A DNA stretch of 64,000 bases from Leidyana gryllorum EB-2025a (lineage: Eukaryota > Protista > Apicomplexa), in the NCBI GenBank assembly GCA_048772705.1, contig JBLWGC010000123.1:1-64000 (forward strand), read 5' to 3'. The position numbers and the translations under genes were made by a program. Positions 44,498 through 54,906 of this stretch are shown piece after piece. The notes beneath the pieces are model-generated. The model was not told the origin of the DNA, did not search any database, and saw only the letters and a list, made by a program, of their open reading frames with translations. How positions within the stretch are numbered: position 1 is the stretch's first letter; every line of letters starts with the position of its first letter.

Positions 44498-44956
44498 GAC
44501 TAACGGAGCCGTCAAATGGAAGTGTGTAGCGATCAAGAGAGGACATGGGCAGCTACGCCCGATCGTGGGTTTGGACAGACTTCACTTACATCTCCCATTC
44601 GAGACATCGGGGACATACTATCCAAGCCAGGATTCGGGCCTGGGTATGCACGGCCACAACTTGCTGTTGTAAGCACTCGACCCGGACAATCTTCAAGTGA
44701 GGCTGGTATGTCGGCGTGACCAAGTGAGTGGATCTCTGATACAAATTCGGACTTAGTAACCAATTCCATTTGTATTGATCGTGGAATCCTGTGCCTTCCT
44801 CGGGTACGGGGCGAGCTTCCTTGCCGCCCCAACTCCGTCGGTAGAGCGCAAGACTTTTGAAGGGAGAACCGCGGGTTCGGGCGGCGCGAGCAGTCCTAGT
44901 AAAGCTCGCTGAATCGTATGTGAAGCCACTGGCCGCAAAATGCCAAGTTCGACAGC

Positions 44957-45038
44957 GGCAACTTGCCCGAGTGGTTAAGGGGGTAGACTAGAAATCTACT
45001 GGGCCTGGCCCGCGCTGGTTCAAATCCAGCAGTTGTCG
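44957..45038 (+). tRNA. tRNA-Ser(AGA)
   Basis: Intact. Confidence 0.92.
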
Positions 45039-45157
45039 TGTGCTGCGATCATCGGAGTAGGCGGCTGGGCTCAAAACACCAGCAGTACATGCTAAGGATT
45101 GCAGTGGCGACGCAGAGGCATCAAGTAAGTGAATCGGTGCCATCTGTCGTCGGAGGC

Positions 45158-45231
45158 GGTCGCGTAGCTCAGTCGGTTAGAGCGTGAGCCTAATAAGCTC
45201 AAGGTCCCCGGTTCGAGCCCGGGCGTGACCA
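45158..45231 (+). tRNA. tRNA-Ile(AAT)
   Basis: Intact. Confidence 0.92.
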
Positions 45232-45325
45232 AGGCAGTGGATCTGTGATACAGAGTTGCCCTCGACCCGAAGAAGCCCCAACATTCTACGACGAATACGG
45301 ATGGAATCTGTTGTGGTGTACCAGT

Positions 45326-45380
45326 TAGTGCAATGGGAAGTGTCTTGTGCTCGCAACCTGGAGGTCGCAGGATCGAATTC
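45326..45380 (+). promoter_or_regulatory. tRNA-like A-box/B-box module 1 inside family D element
   Basis: TAGTGCAATGG ... GGATCGAATTC at tRNA-like spacing. Confidence 0.6.
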
Positions 45381-45450
45381 ACGGCCCTGCACTTCGCCCT
45401 TGGCTAGCCACCTCGACCGGCACATAGCTGCCCTTAGTATTGTGATCCAG

Positions 45451-45504
45451 TAGTGCAGTGGTAACTACTCGGACTTGGGACCCGCAGGTCGGCGGATCGA
45501 ATCC
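45451..45504 (+). promoter_or_regulatory. tRNA-like A-box/B-box module 2 inside family D element
   Basis: TAGTGCAGTGG ... GGATCGAATCC. Confidence 0.65.
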
Positions 45505-45665
45505 CACCTCGGACAACTGTGCCAAGACCCCCAGGTGACGGGTGAGGGCAGGTCGAGGATGGAGGACGGGTGGGGGAGCCCCCGGGAGGCCCCACAGCGT
45601 CGTACACGCACGTCTAAGCTGCACACTGGTCTGCAGTGCCACGACATGTTCGGCGACTGCGCCAA

Positions 45666-45720
45666 TAGCACAATGGTAATGACTACGGACTTATGTTCTG
45701 AAGGTCGGTGGTTCGAGTCT
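45666..45720 (+). promoter_or_regulatory. tRNA-like A-box/B-box module 3 inside family D element
   Basis: TAGCACAATGG ... GGTTCGAGTCT; CTTATGT loop. Confidence 0.65.
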
Positions 45721-46131
45721 CCCCGCGGACAAGCCTGACTCCACGGCATTGTCAACGGGACTGGCTACTTAAGGTAAGTCTTGTCCATACGTGTGCAGGT
45801 GAAGGCTGTACACGCGCGCGCCAAGACATTTGAGGCAAGACCTTAGCTGTAGCACATAAGTAGCGTTAGGTCCAACTTAGATGCTTTTTAGAAAAGGAAA
45901 AAAGGGGGAACGAACTCGACAGTCGGCACTCACCCTGGAGCACAACAGAATCTGTTACTAAGTTCGACAGTTGCCAACTTGCCCGAGTGGGGAAGGGGAG
46001 AAGATTTGATCTCTACAGGGCCGGGGCCGGGCTGGTGCAGATCCAGCAGTTGTCGTGCGATGTGATCGGAGGGGTCAGACACCAACTCAAGCGTGAATCC
46101 CTGGAATGGTGGGAAAACCAACTGTGTCTTC

Positions 46132-46202
46132 TGCATCTGCCGGGAATCGAACCCGGGTCGTCTCGATGGCAACGAGACATTCTACCACTAGACCACAGAT
46201 GC
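46132..46202 (-). tRNA. tRNA-Gly(GCC)
   Basis: Intact. Confidence 0.92.
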
Positions 46203-46322
46203 ATAATATCTTGTTGAGCTAGTCGCCCGCTGTGCAGACCTCATAGCATTCCGTGGTTTTCGCCCCTCATCAGATACCTTTTTCCAGAGACACACGCCCC
46301 TTTCTCAGTCCGAAAGCTCCGC

Positions 46323-46395
46323 GCAGCCATGGTCTAGTGGTTACGACGTCTGCTTCACACGCAGAAGGTCCCGAGTTCGATCCTCAGTGGCTGTA
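46323..46395 (+). tRNA. tRNA-Val(CAC)
   Basis: One T-stem mismatch. Confidence 0.85.
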
Positions 46396-46613
46396 GCTCG
46401 AAACTTTATCTGAGCACCACGAAATCTGAAGCGGAAAAACGAACTGTGCTCCGAGACCTGGAATCGACCCTGGTCTTCCGCGTGATAGGCGGAAATCCTA
46501 ACCGCTATACTATCTCGGACGCTCTGGATACGCCGGCCTCCAACCCCAGAAGTTCTTCCATTTTGAGATTCCACGGATAGAAAACGCGTGGGGCGGCGAG
46601 CCAACAACATTTC

Positions 46614-46693
46614 GGCAAGATGGCCGAGTGGTCCAAGGCGCTGTGTTCAGGCCGCAGTCCGAAAGGGCGTGGGTTCGAATCCCACTTTTGTCA
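46614..46693 (+). tRNA. tRNA-Leu(CAG)
   Basis: Intact. Confidence 0.9.
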
Positions 46694-46703
46694 GGTTGCG
46701 CCC

Positions 46704-47019
46704 TGTTGAACTCTTTGTTCCGGACGCCGATCCTACTAAACCTATCGCAGGGTCTGTTTTTGATCCATCTAGTATTGAGCGCAGTTCAGAATTGTTAGAA
46801 GTATTGTTCATGTTTTTAGTTCAGTCCACGTAATAACAAAAAGAAACGTAAGCACACGTGTGTGTCTAATCTCTGTCTCCGCTCGATTGATCTAGGAATA
46901 ATAACCATGTGAAAATATTGCTAATTTGCCTAACTGAGGCATGACTATTGGAATAAGGGGGTAGCTAGCCGCAAAAACAAAGTCAGATCTATTAGGCGCG
47001 GTCCGGGCTTGACTGACCA
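46704..47019. mobile_element. Solo-LTR-like element, family E (316 bp)
   Basis: TG...CA ends; TSD CGCCC; empty site near 14826. Confidence 0.85.
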
Positions 47020-47050
47020 CGCCCCAAACGGGAAAAACATAGAGTCCGGT

Positions 47051-47122
47051 TGAGCCCAGAGTGATTCGAACACCCAACCTTCTGATCTGGAGTCAGACGC
47101 GCTACCGTTGCGCCATAGGCCC
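47051..47122 (-). tRNA. tRNA-Trp(CCA)
   Basis: Intact. Confidence 0.92.
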
Positions 47123-47294
47123 AAAACCATCCCCCGTTCCAGACTCATTTACCGGCAATCGGCCCGCTTCTTAGGCGTGACATGCGAAAATAGTAACCAC
47201 TATGCTATCTCGGACGCTCTGAACACGCCACGGACATTCCATTCGTTCAGAAAACGGCCGTTACCGTGTACGAGCTTCAACAACAAGGTGTCAC

Positions 47295-47365
47295 GCATCT
47301 GTGGTCTAGTGGTAGAATGTCTCGTTGCCATCGAGACGACCCGGGTTCGATTCCCGGCAGATGCA
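47295..47365 (+). tRNA. tRNA-Gly(GCC)
   Basis: Intact. Confidence 0.92.
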
Positions 47366-47440
47366 GATGACACATGGTTGCTTTTCCACCATTCAGAAAT
47401 TCAAGCGTGAGTTGGTGTTTAACCCTCCAACCACATCGCA

Positions 47441-47522
47441 CGACAACTGCTGGATTTGAACCAGCGCGGGCCCGGCCCAGTAGATTTCTAGTCTACCCCC
47501 TTAACCAGTCGGGCAAGTTGCC
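47441..47522 (-). tRNA. tRNA-Ser(AGA)
   Basis: Cloverleaf. Confidence 0.87.
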
Positions 47523-47754
47523 GTTGTCGAACTTGGCATTTTGCGGCCAGTGGCTTCACATGCGGTTCAGCAAGCTTTACTAGGACTGCTCGCGCCGCCC
47601 GAACCCGCGGTTCTCCCTTCAAAAGTCTTGCGCTCTACCGACGGAGTTGGGGCGGCGAGAAAGCTCGGACTTGGTAACAAATTCCAGTCGTATTGATGGT
47701 GGAATCTTTCCGAGACGGTTCGGCTCTCGGCCGAAGCCTAAACTCGAGCACTTG

Positions 47755-47827
47755 TCCACTGTAGTCTACGTGGCTAGGATATGCGGCTTTCACCCGCACG
47801 ATCCGGGTTCAAGTCCCGGCAGTGGAA
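47755..47827 (+). tRNA. tRNA-Glu(TTC)
   Basis: Cloverleaf. Confidence 0.88.
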
Positions 47828-47903
47828 GTCATTAGAGTACTCGATCAAAGTGCTCTGATAACTTGCGTAAATAGGGACTGATGCGTGATTCCCGGCTTGC
47901 ATT

Positions 47904-47975
47904 GCCTTCTTAGTTTAGGGGCAGAGCATTCGTTTAGTAAGCGAAAGGTCGCCGGATCGATTCCGGCAGAAGGCT
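47904..47975 (+). tRNA. tRNA-Thr(AGT), degenerate
   Basis: Mismatches. Confidence 0.78.
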
Positions 47976-48022
47976 TGCTGACGAGCCAATCTATCCTACA
48001 ACTGTTCCCTTCTGCGCACACT

Positions 48023-48094
48023 TAGCAGTGCGTCGTTTCGATCGACGGACCTTTGGGTTATGAGCCCAACACTCTTCCACTGAGCTACACTGCT
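48023..48094 (-). tRNA. initiator tRNA-Met(CAT)
   Basis: Intact. Confidence 0.93.
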
Positions 48095-48235
48095 TAGTCT
48101 GCAACATGTCAGAGGTAGCCGAAATGCGATTCTCGAGAGGTTAGTTGCGCTGACTGCCCTACCGAAGTGGGCTAACGAGGTGGCTGTGTTGGTTCTGAGG
48201 GCAACTCGTCCCATCGGGTCAACCGACGACCAAGA

Positions 48236-48307
48236 GGGCTGTTCTGGGAATCGAACTCAGGACTCTCTCCACCCTAAGGAAGGATCATACCACTAGACCA
48301 AACAGCC
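48236..48307 (-). tRNA. tRNA-Pro(AGG), degenerate
   Basis: Mismatches. Confidence 0.78.
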
Positions 48308-48562
48308 GCCTAGCCGGTGGTTCAACCCGCTGGGTACAGTCGAGAGACTCGTCTCACTATGTGAAGTATTACTCAATCCCATGAGGTGGGCGCAGAGGGA
48401 GGGTAGCCCAGATGATGAAACGGTGGCTTAGTATACGAAAGGTTCTGGGATCGATTCCCAGCCCATCCAAGCTACATGGATGGAACCCTCGCCGGAGTAG
48501 TCTAGTGGCCTATCAACGCTGTCCATCAGGTTGAGTAGTAGTTTGCCGATCACCCCTCTACT

Positions 48563-48642
48563 TCCGGTGGGACGGAATCGAACCGCCGACTATCTGATGC
48601 CAGCACTACAGTCAGATGCTCTACCAACTGAGCTACCCCCGG
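48563..48642 (-). tRNA. tRNA-Tyr(GTA) with 7-nt intron
   Basis: Cloverleaf plus intron. Confidence 0.88.
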
Positions 48643-48836
48643 CCGTCCAACTGCGCCGGGGTTCGGAAGGCTCAATCCCAGATCCTCGCCCTTTCGGACT
48701 CCGGTCTGAGCACAGCGCCTCAGACCACTTGGTCATCTTGCCGGGATGTTGTTGGCTCGCCGCTCCACGCGTTTTCTATCCCTGGAATCTCAAGATGGAA
48801 GGACTTCTGGGGTTGCAGGCCGGCGTGTCCAAAGCG

Positions 48837-48907
48837 TCCGAGATAGTATAGTGGTTAGTATTCCGCCTGTCACGCGGAAGACCAGGGTTCGATTCCCGGT
48901 CTCGGAG
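48837..48907 (+). tRNA. tRNA-Asp(GTC), degenerate
   Basis: Deletion. Confidence 0.77.
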
Positions 48908-48964
48908 CAGTTCCAGCCCTCACAACTGGTGCAACTCAGATTTTGTCTCAGCTGGTCTTACATT

Positions 48965-49036
48965 GCCTTCTTAGCTTAGGGGCAGAGCGTTCGCTTCGTA
49001 AGCGAGAAGTCGCCGGTTCGATTCCGGCAGAAGGCT
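48965..49036 (+). tRNA. tRNA-Thr(CGT)
   Basis: Intact. Confidence 0.92.
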
Positions 49037-49041
49037 TTGTT

Positions 49042-49340
49042 GCATCGATAGGCTTAAGAGGAATGGCTGTCACCACGTACAAGATTTACAAGATCGTGTT
49101 CTGCATCTGTGGTCTAGTGGAAGAGTCGCTCGCTGCCATCGAGATAACCTGTGTGCGATTCCGACTGCAAAATGGTAGCATGATGAGTTTGCATCGATAG
49201 GCTTAAGAGGAATGGCTGTCGCCACGTACAAGATTCACAAGATCGTGTTCTGCATCTGTGGTCTAGTGGAAGAGTCGCTCGCTGCCATCGAGATAACCTG
49301 TGTGCGATTCCCGACTGCAAAATGGTAGCATGATGAGTTT
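49042..49340. repeat. 2 x ~149-bp tandem duplication containing a Gly(GCC) pseudogene
   Basis: Direct adjacent repeat. Confidence 0.85.
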
Positions 49341-49363
49341 GTCGGCGGTTTCGATTCTGACCG

Positions 49364-49436
49364 TGGGAGTGGAGAGGATCGAACTCTCGACTTCAGGATT
49401 ATGAGACCTACGCGCTACCGACTGCGCTACACTCCC
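49364..49436 (-). tRNA. elongator tRNA-Met(CAT)
   Basis: Intact. Confidence 0.92.
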
Positions 49437-49672
49437 CCTCCGACTTTCTCCGAGGAATCACCTGAACCCAGAACCATGCTGCCAGGCAGGTTGGGTCAAG
49501 ATACAACAAAGCGGGCTGTTCTGGGAATGGAACCTAGGACTTCTTCCACCCGACGGAGGTATCATACCACTACACCAAACAGCCGCCTGTCGTTCGTGCA
49601 ACCCGCTGAAGACAGTTTAAAAAGTGGTCATCCTATGTTGAGAACCAACAAATGCGATGGGGTCTGCACCAC

Positions 49673-49745
49673 GGGCGACTAGCTCAAATGGTAGAGCGCT
49701 CGCTTCGCATGCGAGAGGTACTGGGATCGATACCCAGGTCGTCCA
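49673..49745 (+). tRNA. tRNA-Ala(CGC)
   Basis: Intact; 5' half of AGC-type body. Confidence 0.9.
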
Positions 49746-49860
49746 AAGTACGTACAGCTGCACGTGGCGGGATCCAAACAAACTTCCATCTTTGAAGGGT
49801 CGCAGACCACAAGTGCCATTGGCACACCAGCGCACTCAGTGTTTAGTGTGCCTCTGAAAC

Positions 49861-49933
49861 CGGTCCTGGCAGGCTTCGAACCTGCGACTTTGTGGTTAAC
49901 AGCCACACGCTCTGCCGACTGAGCTACAAGACC
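49861..49933 (-). tRNA. tRNA-Asn(GTT)
   Basis: Intact. Confidence 0.9.
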
Positions 49934-50046
49934 CAGCTACAATGGTTCAGAGGTTAGTATAGAGATCCTCCTTTTTCTACAGATTCTGCAACCACGTCTT
50001 GTCAAGAGGGTACGGCTCTCGGCTAAAGCTGCAGCTGAGAAAGTTG

Positions 50047-50119
50047 TCCACTGTAGTCTAAGTGGCTAGGATATGCGGCTCTCACCCGCACGATCCGGGT
50101 TCAAGTCCCGGCAGTGGAA
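50047..50119 (+). tRNA. tRNA-Glu(CTC)
   Basis: Intact. Confidence 0.92.
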
Positions 50120-50168
50120 ATCCAGCAGAGTGTGGTTGTAGGTAACGGCTTCCAGAGACATTGATTTG

Positions 50169-50241
50169 CACCGCCCGCGGGGCTCGAACCCGCGACTGCA
50201 AGATTAAGAGTCTTGCGCTCTACCGACTGAGCTAGGGCGGC
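50169..50241 (-). tRNA. tRNA-Lys(CTT)
   Basis: Intact. Confidence 0.92.
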
Positions 50242-50509
50242 GGGAATGCAAGGACACAAAATTCGATGGCCCGACATCTTAAGTGGCTTTGGTACCCACC
50301 AGCCTCTTGAAGATTGTCCGGGTCGTCTAGGTGCTTTCAACAGCAAGTTGTGGCCGTGCATACCCAGGCCCGAATCCTGGCTTGGATAGTATGTCCCCGA
50401 TGTCTCGAATGGGAGATGTGGGTGAAGTGTGTCCACACCCACCATCGGGCGTAGCTGCCCATCTCCTGTCTTTATCGCTACACACTCCCATTTGACGGCT
50501 CCGCTAGTC

Positions 50510-50582
50510 GGCGCTATGGCCTAATGGATATGGCATCGGTCTACGGAACCGGGGATTCTGGGTTCGAGTCCCAGTAGCGTCT
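50510..50582 (+). tRNA. tRNA-Arg(ACG)
   Basis: Intact. Confidence 0.9.
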
Positions 50583-50628
50583 GGGTGGATGGCCGGGTTG
50601 CAGCCTGTTGAGTCAACAACTATCAGAC

Positions 50629-50700
50629 GGGCTGTTCTGGGAATCGAACCCAGGACTCCTTCCACCCTAAGGAAAGATCATACCACTAGACCAAACAGCC
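50629..50700 (-). tRNA. tRNA-Pro(AGG)
   Basis: Cloverleaf. Confidence 0.88.
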
Positions 50701-50788
50701 GCCTGTCGGTCGTGCAAACCGCTGAGTACAGTTGAGAGGGTGGTTATACTATGTTGAGAACCAACACATGCGATGGGGTCTGCGCAAC

Positions 50789-50861
50789 GGGCGACTAGCT
50801 CAGATGGTAGAGCGCTCGCTTTGCATCCGAGAGGTACTGGGATCGATACCCAGGTTGTCCA
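50789..50861 (+). tRNA. tRNA-Ala(TGC), degenerate
   Basis: Mismatches. Confidence 0.8.
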
Positions 50862-51041
50862 AACTCAGTAGGCCGGCACCTGCCGGTGGTAAGATACAGA
50901 GTTGCGACCTCTAAGGAAGGAGTAGCCGAAATGCAATTCTCGAGATGTTAGTTGCCCTGACTGCCCTACCAAAGTGGGCTAATGAAATGCTGTGTTGGTT
51001 CTGAGGGCAACTTGTCCCGTCGGGTTAACCGACGACCAAGA

Positions 51042-51113
51042 GGGCTGTTCTGGGAATCGAACCCAGGACTTCTTCCACCCAAAGGAAGAATCATACCACT
51101 AGACCAAACAGCC
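51042..51113 (-). tRNA. tRNA-Pro(TGG)
   Basis: Intact. Confidence 0.9.
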
Positions 51114-52065
51114 GAATGGGAAGGGGGATACAACCGGCTACGTACAGCCGTAAACTCGAAGTGTGGCTAATTCGTCCTGAAATGAGTACCGTTGCGCAGA
51201 ATGGGACCCGCACCCATGCAGACTTGCGCCTACCAGTATGTGGCAAGATGCCTTAGTGGGTAAGGCGCTATTTTCAGACCCCACTCACATGGTCGTGAGT
51301 ATCTTTCTCCCACCTTGAAAGGGCACTGGCTACCCGCAGAAACCCCAGACTACTTATTTCGACGCTGCATTGCGAGAATGTCCGAGAGGTTAAGGGGGTG
51401 GCCTTAAGATCCACTGGTCAATTCCGCCTGGGTTCGAACCCCACTTCTCGCATAAGGAGGCAAGTGTCGGGGGAGGGGAATGGAACGGTCGACTACCTGC
51501 CGCACCCGCCGCAGTCAGATGCTGTACCAAGTGAGCGAACGCCTGTCGTGTGACCCTTTGACATCGAGGTTTGCTCCCGAACCGCACCTTTTGAGTGAGC
51601 ACCAAACGAAGTCTAAAGCGGAACGAGCTGTGCTGTAAGACGGGCAGTCGAACCCAGGTCTTCCGCGTGACGCGCGAAAATACTAAGGACTCCGGTCGAC
51701 CTGCCCAATGACTTGCATGACTCCACCCTGAGGCAAATAGAGTGTAACTTAGTTCAGAGTTTCCTTGTCATCCTAGCTCAGTCGGTGGAGCGCGAGCCTC
51801 TTAATCTTGCAGTCGCAGAGGAGTGGGCCGGGGAGTAAGAATGCAGTATGTTGCCTACAAGCACACCCATCTGCATTTGCGCTGCCGAGACTCGAACCGG
51901 GATGGTGCGGGTTGGGGCCACATATACTAGCCACCGAGACCATAGTGGACACGTCACCAAAGTTGCACTGACGAATGGGGGCAGAAAAGGCCTGAGAATT
52001 TTGCAACCCCCTCAGGTCGTTATCGAGACCGAGAGACCAGCCCGAAAAGCTTAAGCTTGTGAGCA
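51110..52065. repeat. Diverged segmental duplication; inverted copy at ~60830-61790
   Basis: Shared decayed tRNAs and Leu(TAA). Confidence 0.8.
51372..51452 (+). tRNA. tRNA-Leu(TAA)
   Basis: GCGAGAA/TTCTCGC acceptor; CTTAAGA loop; some mismatches. Confidence 0.78.
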
Positions 52066-52204
52066 AAACCTTCTGCCGGAATCGAACCGGCGACCTTTCG
52101 CTTAAGCGAATGCTCTGCCCCTAAGCTAAGAAGGCAATGCAAGCCGGGAATCACGCATCAGTCCCTATTGACACAAGAGCACTTTGATCGAGTACTCTAA
52201 TGAC

Positions 52205-52277
52205 TTCCACTGCCGGGACTTGAATCCGGATCGTGCGGGTAAAAGCCGCATATCCTAGCCACTTAGACTACAGTGGA
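52205..52277 (-). pseudogene. tRNA-Glu body; anticodon mutated to TTT
   Basis: T-stem mismatch. Confidence 0.75.
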
Positions 52278-52495
52278 CGAGTCACAACAGTTGCACTGAC
52301 GAATGAGGCGCCAGAGAACTGTGAGTCGGTCTCAGATTGGAAGTTCACCTAGGTTTGGCGGGTGGGCGGCTATCTCAAGTGGTAGAGCGGTGACTTGGCA
52401 GGCGAGAGGTCAGTTTAGACACCTATCAATGCCGCAGGGCAGGCTGAACATGGGGGCATTTGGTCACTCCTCCGGGCATGTCGAATTCGACAGTT

Positions 52496-52577
52496 GGCAA
52501 CTTGCCCGAGTGGTTAAGGGGGTAGACTTGAAATCTACTGGGCCTGGCCCGCGCTGGTTCAAATCCAGCAGTTGTCG
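52496..52577 (+). tRNA. tRNA-Ser(TGA)
   Basis: Intact; body identical to Ser(CGA) and Ser(AGA). Confidence 0.9.
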
Positions 52578-52994
52578 TGCGATCTGATTGGAGGGGCAGA
52601 CAACAACTCGCTCGTGAAACCCCAGAATGGTGCCTCAATCAGCCATCTGCCATCTTCTCTGCGTCTGCCGGGAATCGAACCTGGGTCGTCTCGGTGGCAA
52701 CGACACAGTCTACCACTAAACCACAGATGCGTGACATCTCCATTCCTGAATACAAACCGAAGGGTCTTAAAACTAGTCCAGGCTGTCCAACTTAGGCCGA
52801 TACATAAAAACCAGGCTCATCGGATACGTGGTTCCAGAGACACACGCCCCTTTCGCAGTCCGGAAGCTCCGTGCAGCCATCTAGTGGTCACGACGTCTGT
52901 TTAACACGCAGAAGGTCCCGAGTTCCATCCTCGGTGGCTGTAACACGCATCGTTCAGGTGAGCATCACGAAATCTAGAGCGGAAGACGATCTAT

Positions 52995-53066
52995 CTCCGA
53001 CACCGGGAATCGAACCCGGGTATTCCGCGTGACAGGCGGAAATACTGACCACTATACTATCTCGGA
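52995..53066 (-). tRNA. tRNA-Asp(GTC)
   Basis: Mismatches. Confidence 0.8.
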
Positions 53067-53229
53067 CGCTAGTAAAGATGCCGGCCTCCAAACCCCAGAA
53101 GTCCTCGCATTTTGAGACTTCACGGACAGGAAACGGGTAACACTTCGGCAAAATGGCCGAGTGCTGTGTGCAAGCCGCCGTCCGAAAATGCGGGCGGATG
53201 ATCGCGACCATGTTTAGGCTAATGACTGA

Positions 53230-53301
53230 AGCCTCCCGCCGGAATCGAACCAGCGACCTTTCGCTTAGAAAGCGAATGCTCTGCCCCTAAGCTAAGGAGG
53301 C
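53230..53301 (-). tRNA. tRNA-Thr body with TCT anticodon
   Basis: TTCGC-TTTCTAA-GCGAA; stems intact. Confidence 0.78.
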
Positions 53302-53365
53302 ATTCCCTGTCTCGACCCATATGAGTTTTTGATGCTGGGAATTGCATCATTTCCACCACATCGCA

Positions 53366-53446
53366 CGACAACTGCTGGATGAACCAGCGCGGGCCAGGCC
53401 CAGTAGATTTCGAGTCTACCCCCTTTAACCACTCGGGCAAGTTGCC
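53366..53446 (-). pseudogene. tRNA-Ser(CGA), T-loop deletion
   Basis: Indels. Confidence 0.75.
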
Positions 53447-53555
53447 ACCTGTCGAACTCGGCATTTTGCGGCCAGTGATGTCACATACGGTTCAGCAAGC
53501 TTGACCAGGACCCCAAACCGTTGTGAAAAAGTGCCAGCGAGTAAGACATGTCGTC

Positions 53556-53637
53556 GGCAAGGTGGCCGAGTGGTTAAGGCGGCGGCCTGCTAAGCCGTTG
53601 GGTTCTACCCGCGTGAGTTCGAATCTCACCCTTGTCG
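53556..53637 (+). tRNA. tRNA-Ser(GCT)
   Basis: Intact. Confidence 0.92.
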
Positions 53638-53928
53638 GTAGCATTCGGGGAGAGCGCATCTGCTTCAATGATTGAACTGAGGATTTTGGCCGACTCGAAT
53701 CCAACGCTTTACGCTGGGGTCTGTATACAAGACCCGTGTTGCATGTGTCCAGTTGAGGAAGCGCTAGTCCGACTCTTCTGGGATGGGCTGAACCGGTTGC
53801 GTCCTTGGTGGTTAGCACTCGACACTTTGGATTTTCCGACCTGGGTTCGATCCCGGCGCGACCCTTGAACTGGTCCTCACTACTCCCTGAAGCTTCGCCA
53901 CTTCTCTTGGGCTGCGGGGACCATCCAT

Positions 53929-54001
53929 GCAGCCATGGTCTAGTGGTTACGACGTCTGCTTAACACGCAGAAGGTCCCGAGTTCGATCCTCGGTGGCTGT
54001 A
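53929..54001 (+). tRNA. tRNA-Val(AAC)
   Basis: Intact. Confidence 0.92.
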
Positions 54002-54056
54002 GCTCGCAACTTTCAGCGGGCACCAAAAAAGACAATCTTAAGCGAGATCAACTGTG

Positions 54057-54128
54057 CTCCGAGACCGGGAATCGAACCCGGGTCTTCCGCGTGACAGGCG
54101 GAAATACTAACCACTATACTATCTCGGA
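54057..54128 (-). tRNA. tRNA-Asp(GTC)
   Basis: Intact. Confidence 0.92.
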
Positions 54129-54208
54129 CGCCCTGAACACGCCACGGACATTCCATTCGTTCAGAAAACGACCGTTACCGTGTACGAGCTTCAACAACAA
54201 GGTGTCAC

Positions 54209-54279
54209 GCATCTGTGGTCTAGTGGTAGAATGTCTCGTTGCCATTGAGACGACCCGGGTTCGATTCCCGGCAGATGCA
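54209..54279 (+). tRNA. tRNA-Gly(GCC)
   Basis: Cloverleaf. Confidence 0.9.
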
Positions 54280-54506
54280 GATGACACATGGTTGCTTTTC
54301 CACCATTCAGAAATTCAAGCGTGAGTTGGTGTTTAACCCTCCAACCACATCGCACGACAACTGCTGGATCTGTCCAGGCCCAGTAGAATTCAAATCTACC
54401 CCCCTTCCCCACTCGGGCAAGTTGGCAACTGTCGATTCCGGCGTGAGGCGAGGAGTGGCCCGCCGCGGTAAGTGCTTATTTTCACCGCCTTCCATGACTA
54501 CCTAGT

Positions 54507-54579
54507 GCCTCGGTAGCTCAGTTGGGAGAGCGCCAGACTGAAGATCTGGAAGTCGCGGGTTCGAGCCCCGCGGGCGGCA
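54507..54579 (+). pseudogene. Chimeric tRNA: Phe(GAA) 5' part plus Lys T-arm and acceptor
   Basis: Junction at shared AGTC in the variable loop. Confidence 0.82.
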
Positions 54580-54636
54580 ACGAAGCTCTGAACTGAGTTA
54601 CACCCTATTTGCCGTTGGGTGGAGCCCTGGATCCGT

Positions 54637-54724
54637 TCCGGTGGGACGGAATCGAACCGCCGACTATCTGACTATCTGATGCCAGCACTACAGTCAGATG
54701 CTCTACCAACTGAGCTACCCCCGG
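54637..54724 (-). pseudogene. tRNA-Tyr(GTA) with 8-bp internal duplication
   Basis: GACTATCT repeated. Confidence 0.8.
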
Positions 54725-54906
54725 TCGTCCAACTGCTGCGAGATTCGAAGGCTCAACCTCAAACCCTCAACAGTGTCAGAAGTACGGCACGGATTTCGGG
54801 GTGGTCCAAGGTGCCACACTCGAGTTCCGGTAAGATTGCACGAGCTGGGTACCACTGATTTCCAAGACGGTACGGCTCTCGGCCGAGGCCTCAACTCAAG
54901 CACTTG

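Larger units (their letters stand above)
45309..45947. mobile_element. Solo-LTR-like element, family D (639 bp), with three tRNA-like Pol III promoter modules
   Basis: TGTTGTG...CACAACA ends; TSD GAATC at 45304-45308 and 45948-45952; empty site near 6430-6450. Confidence 0.88.
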
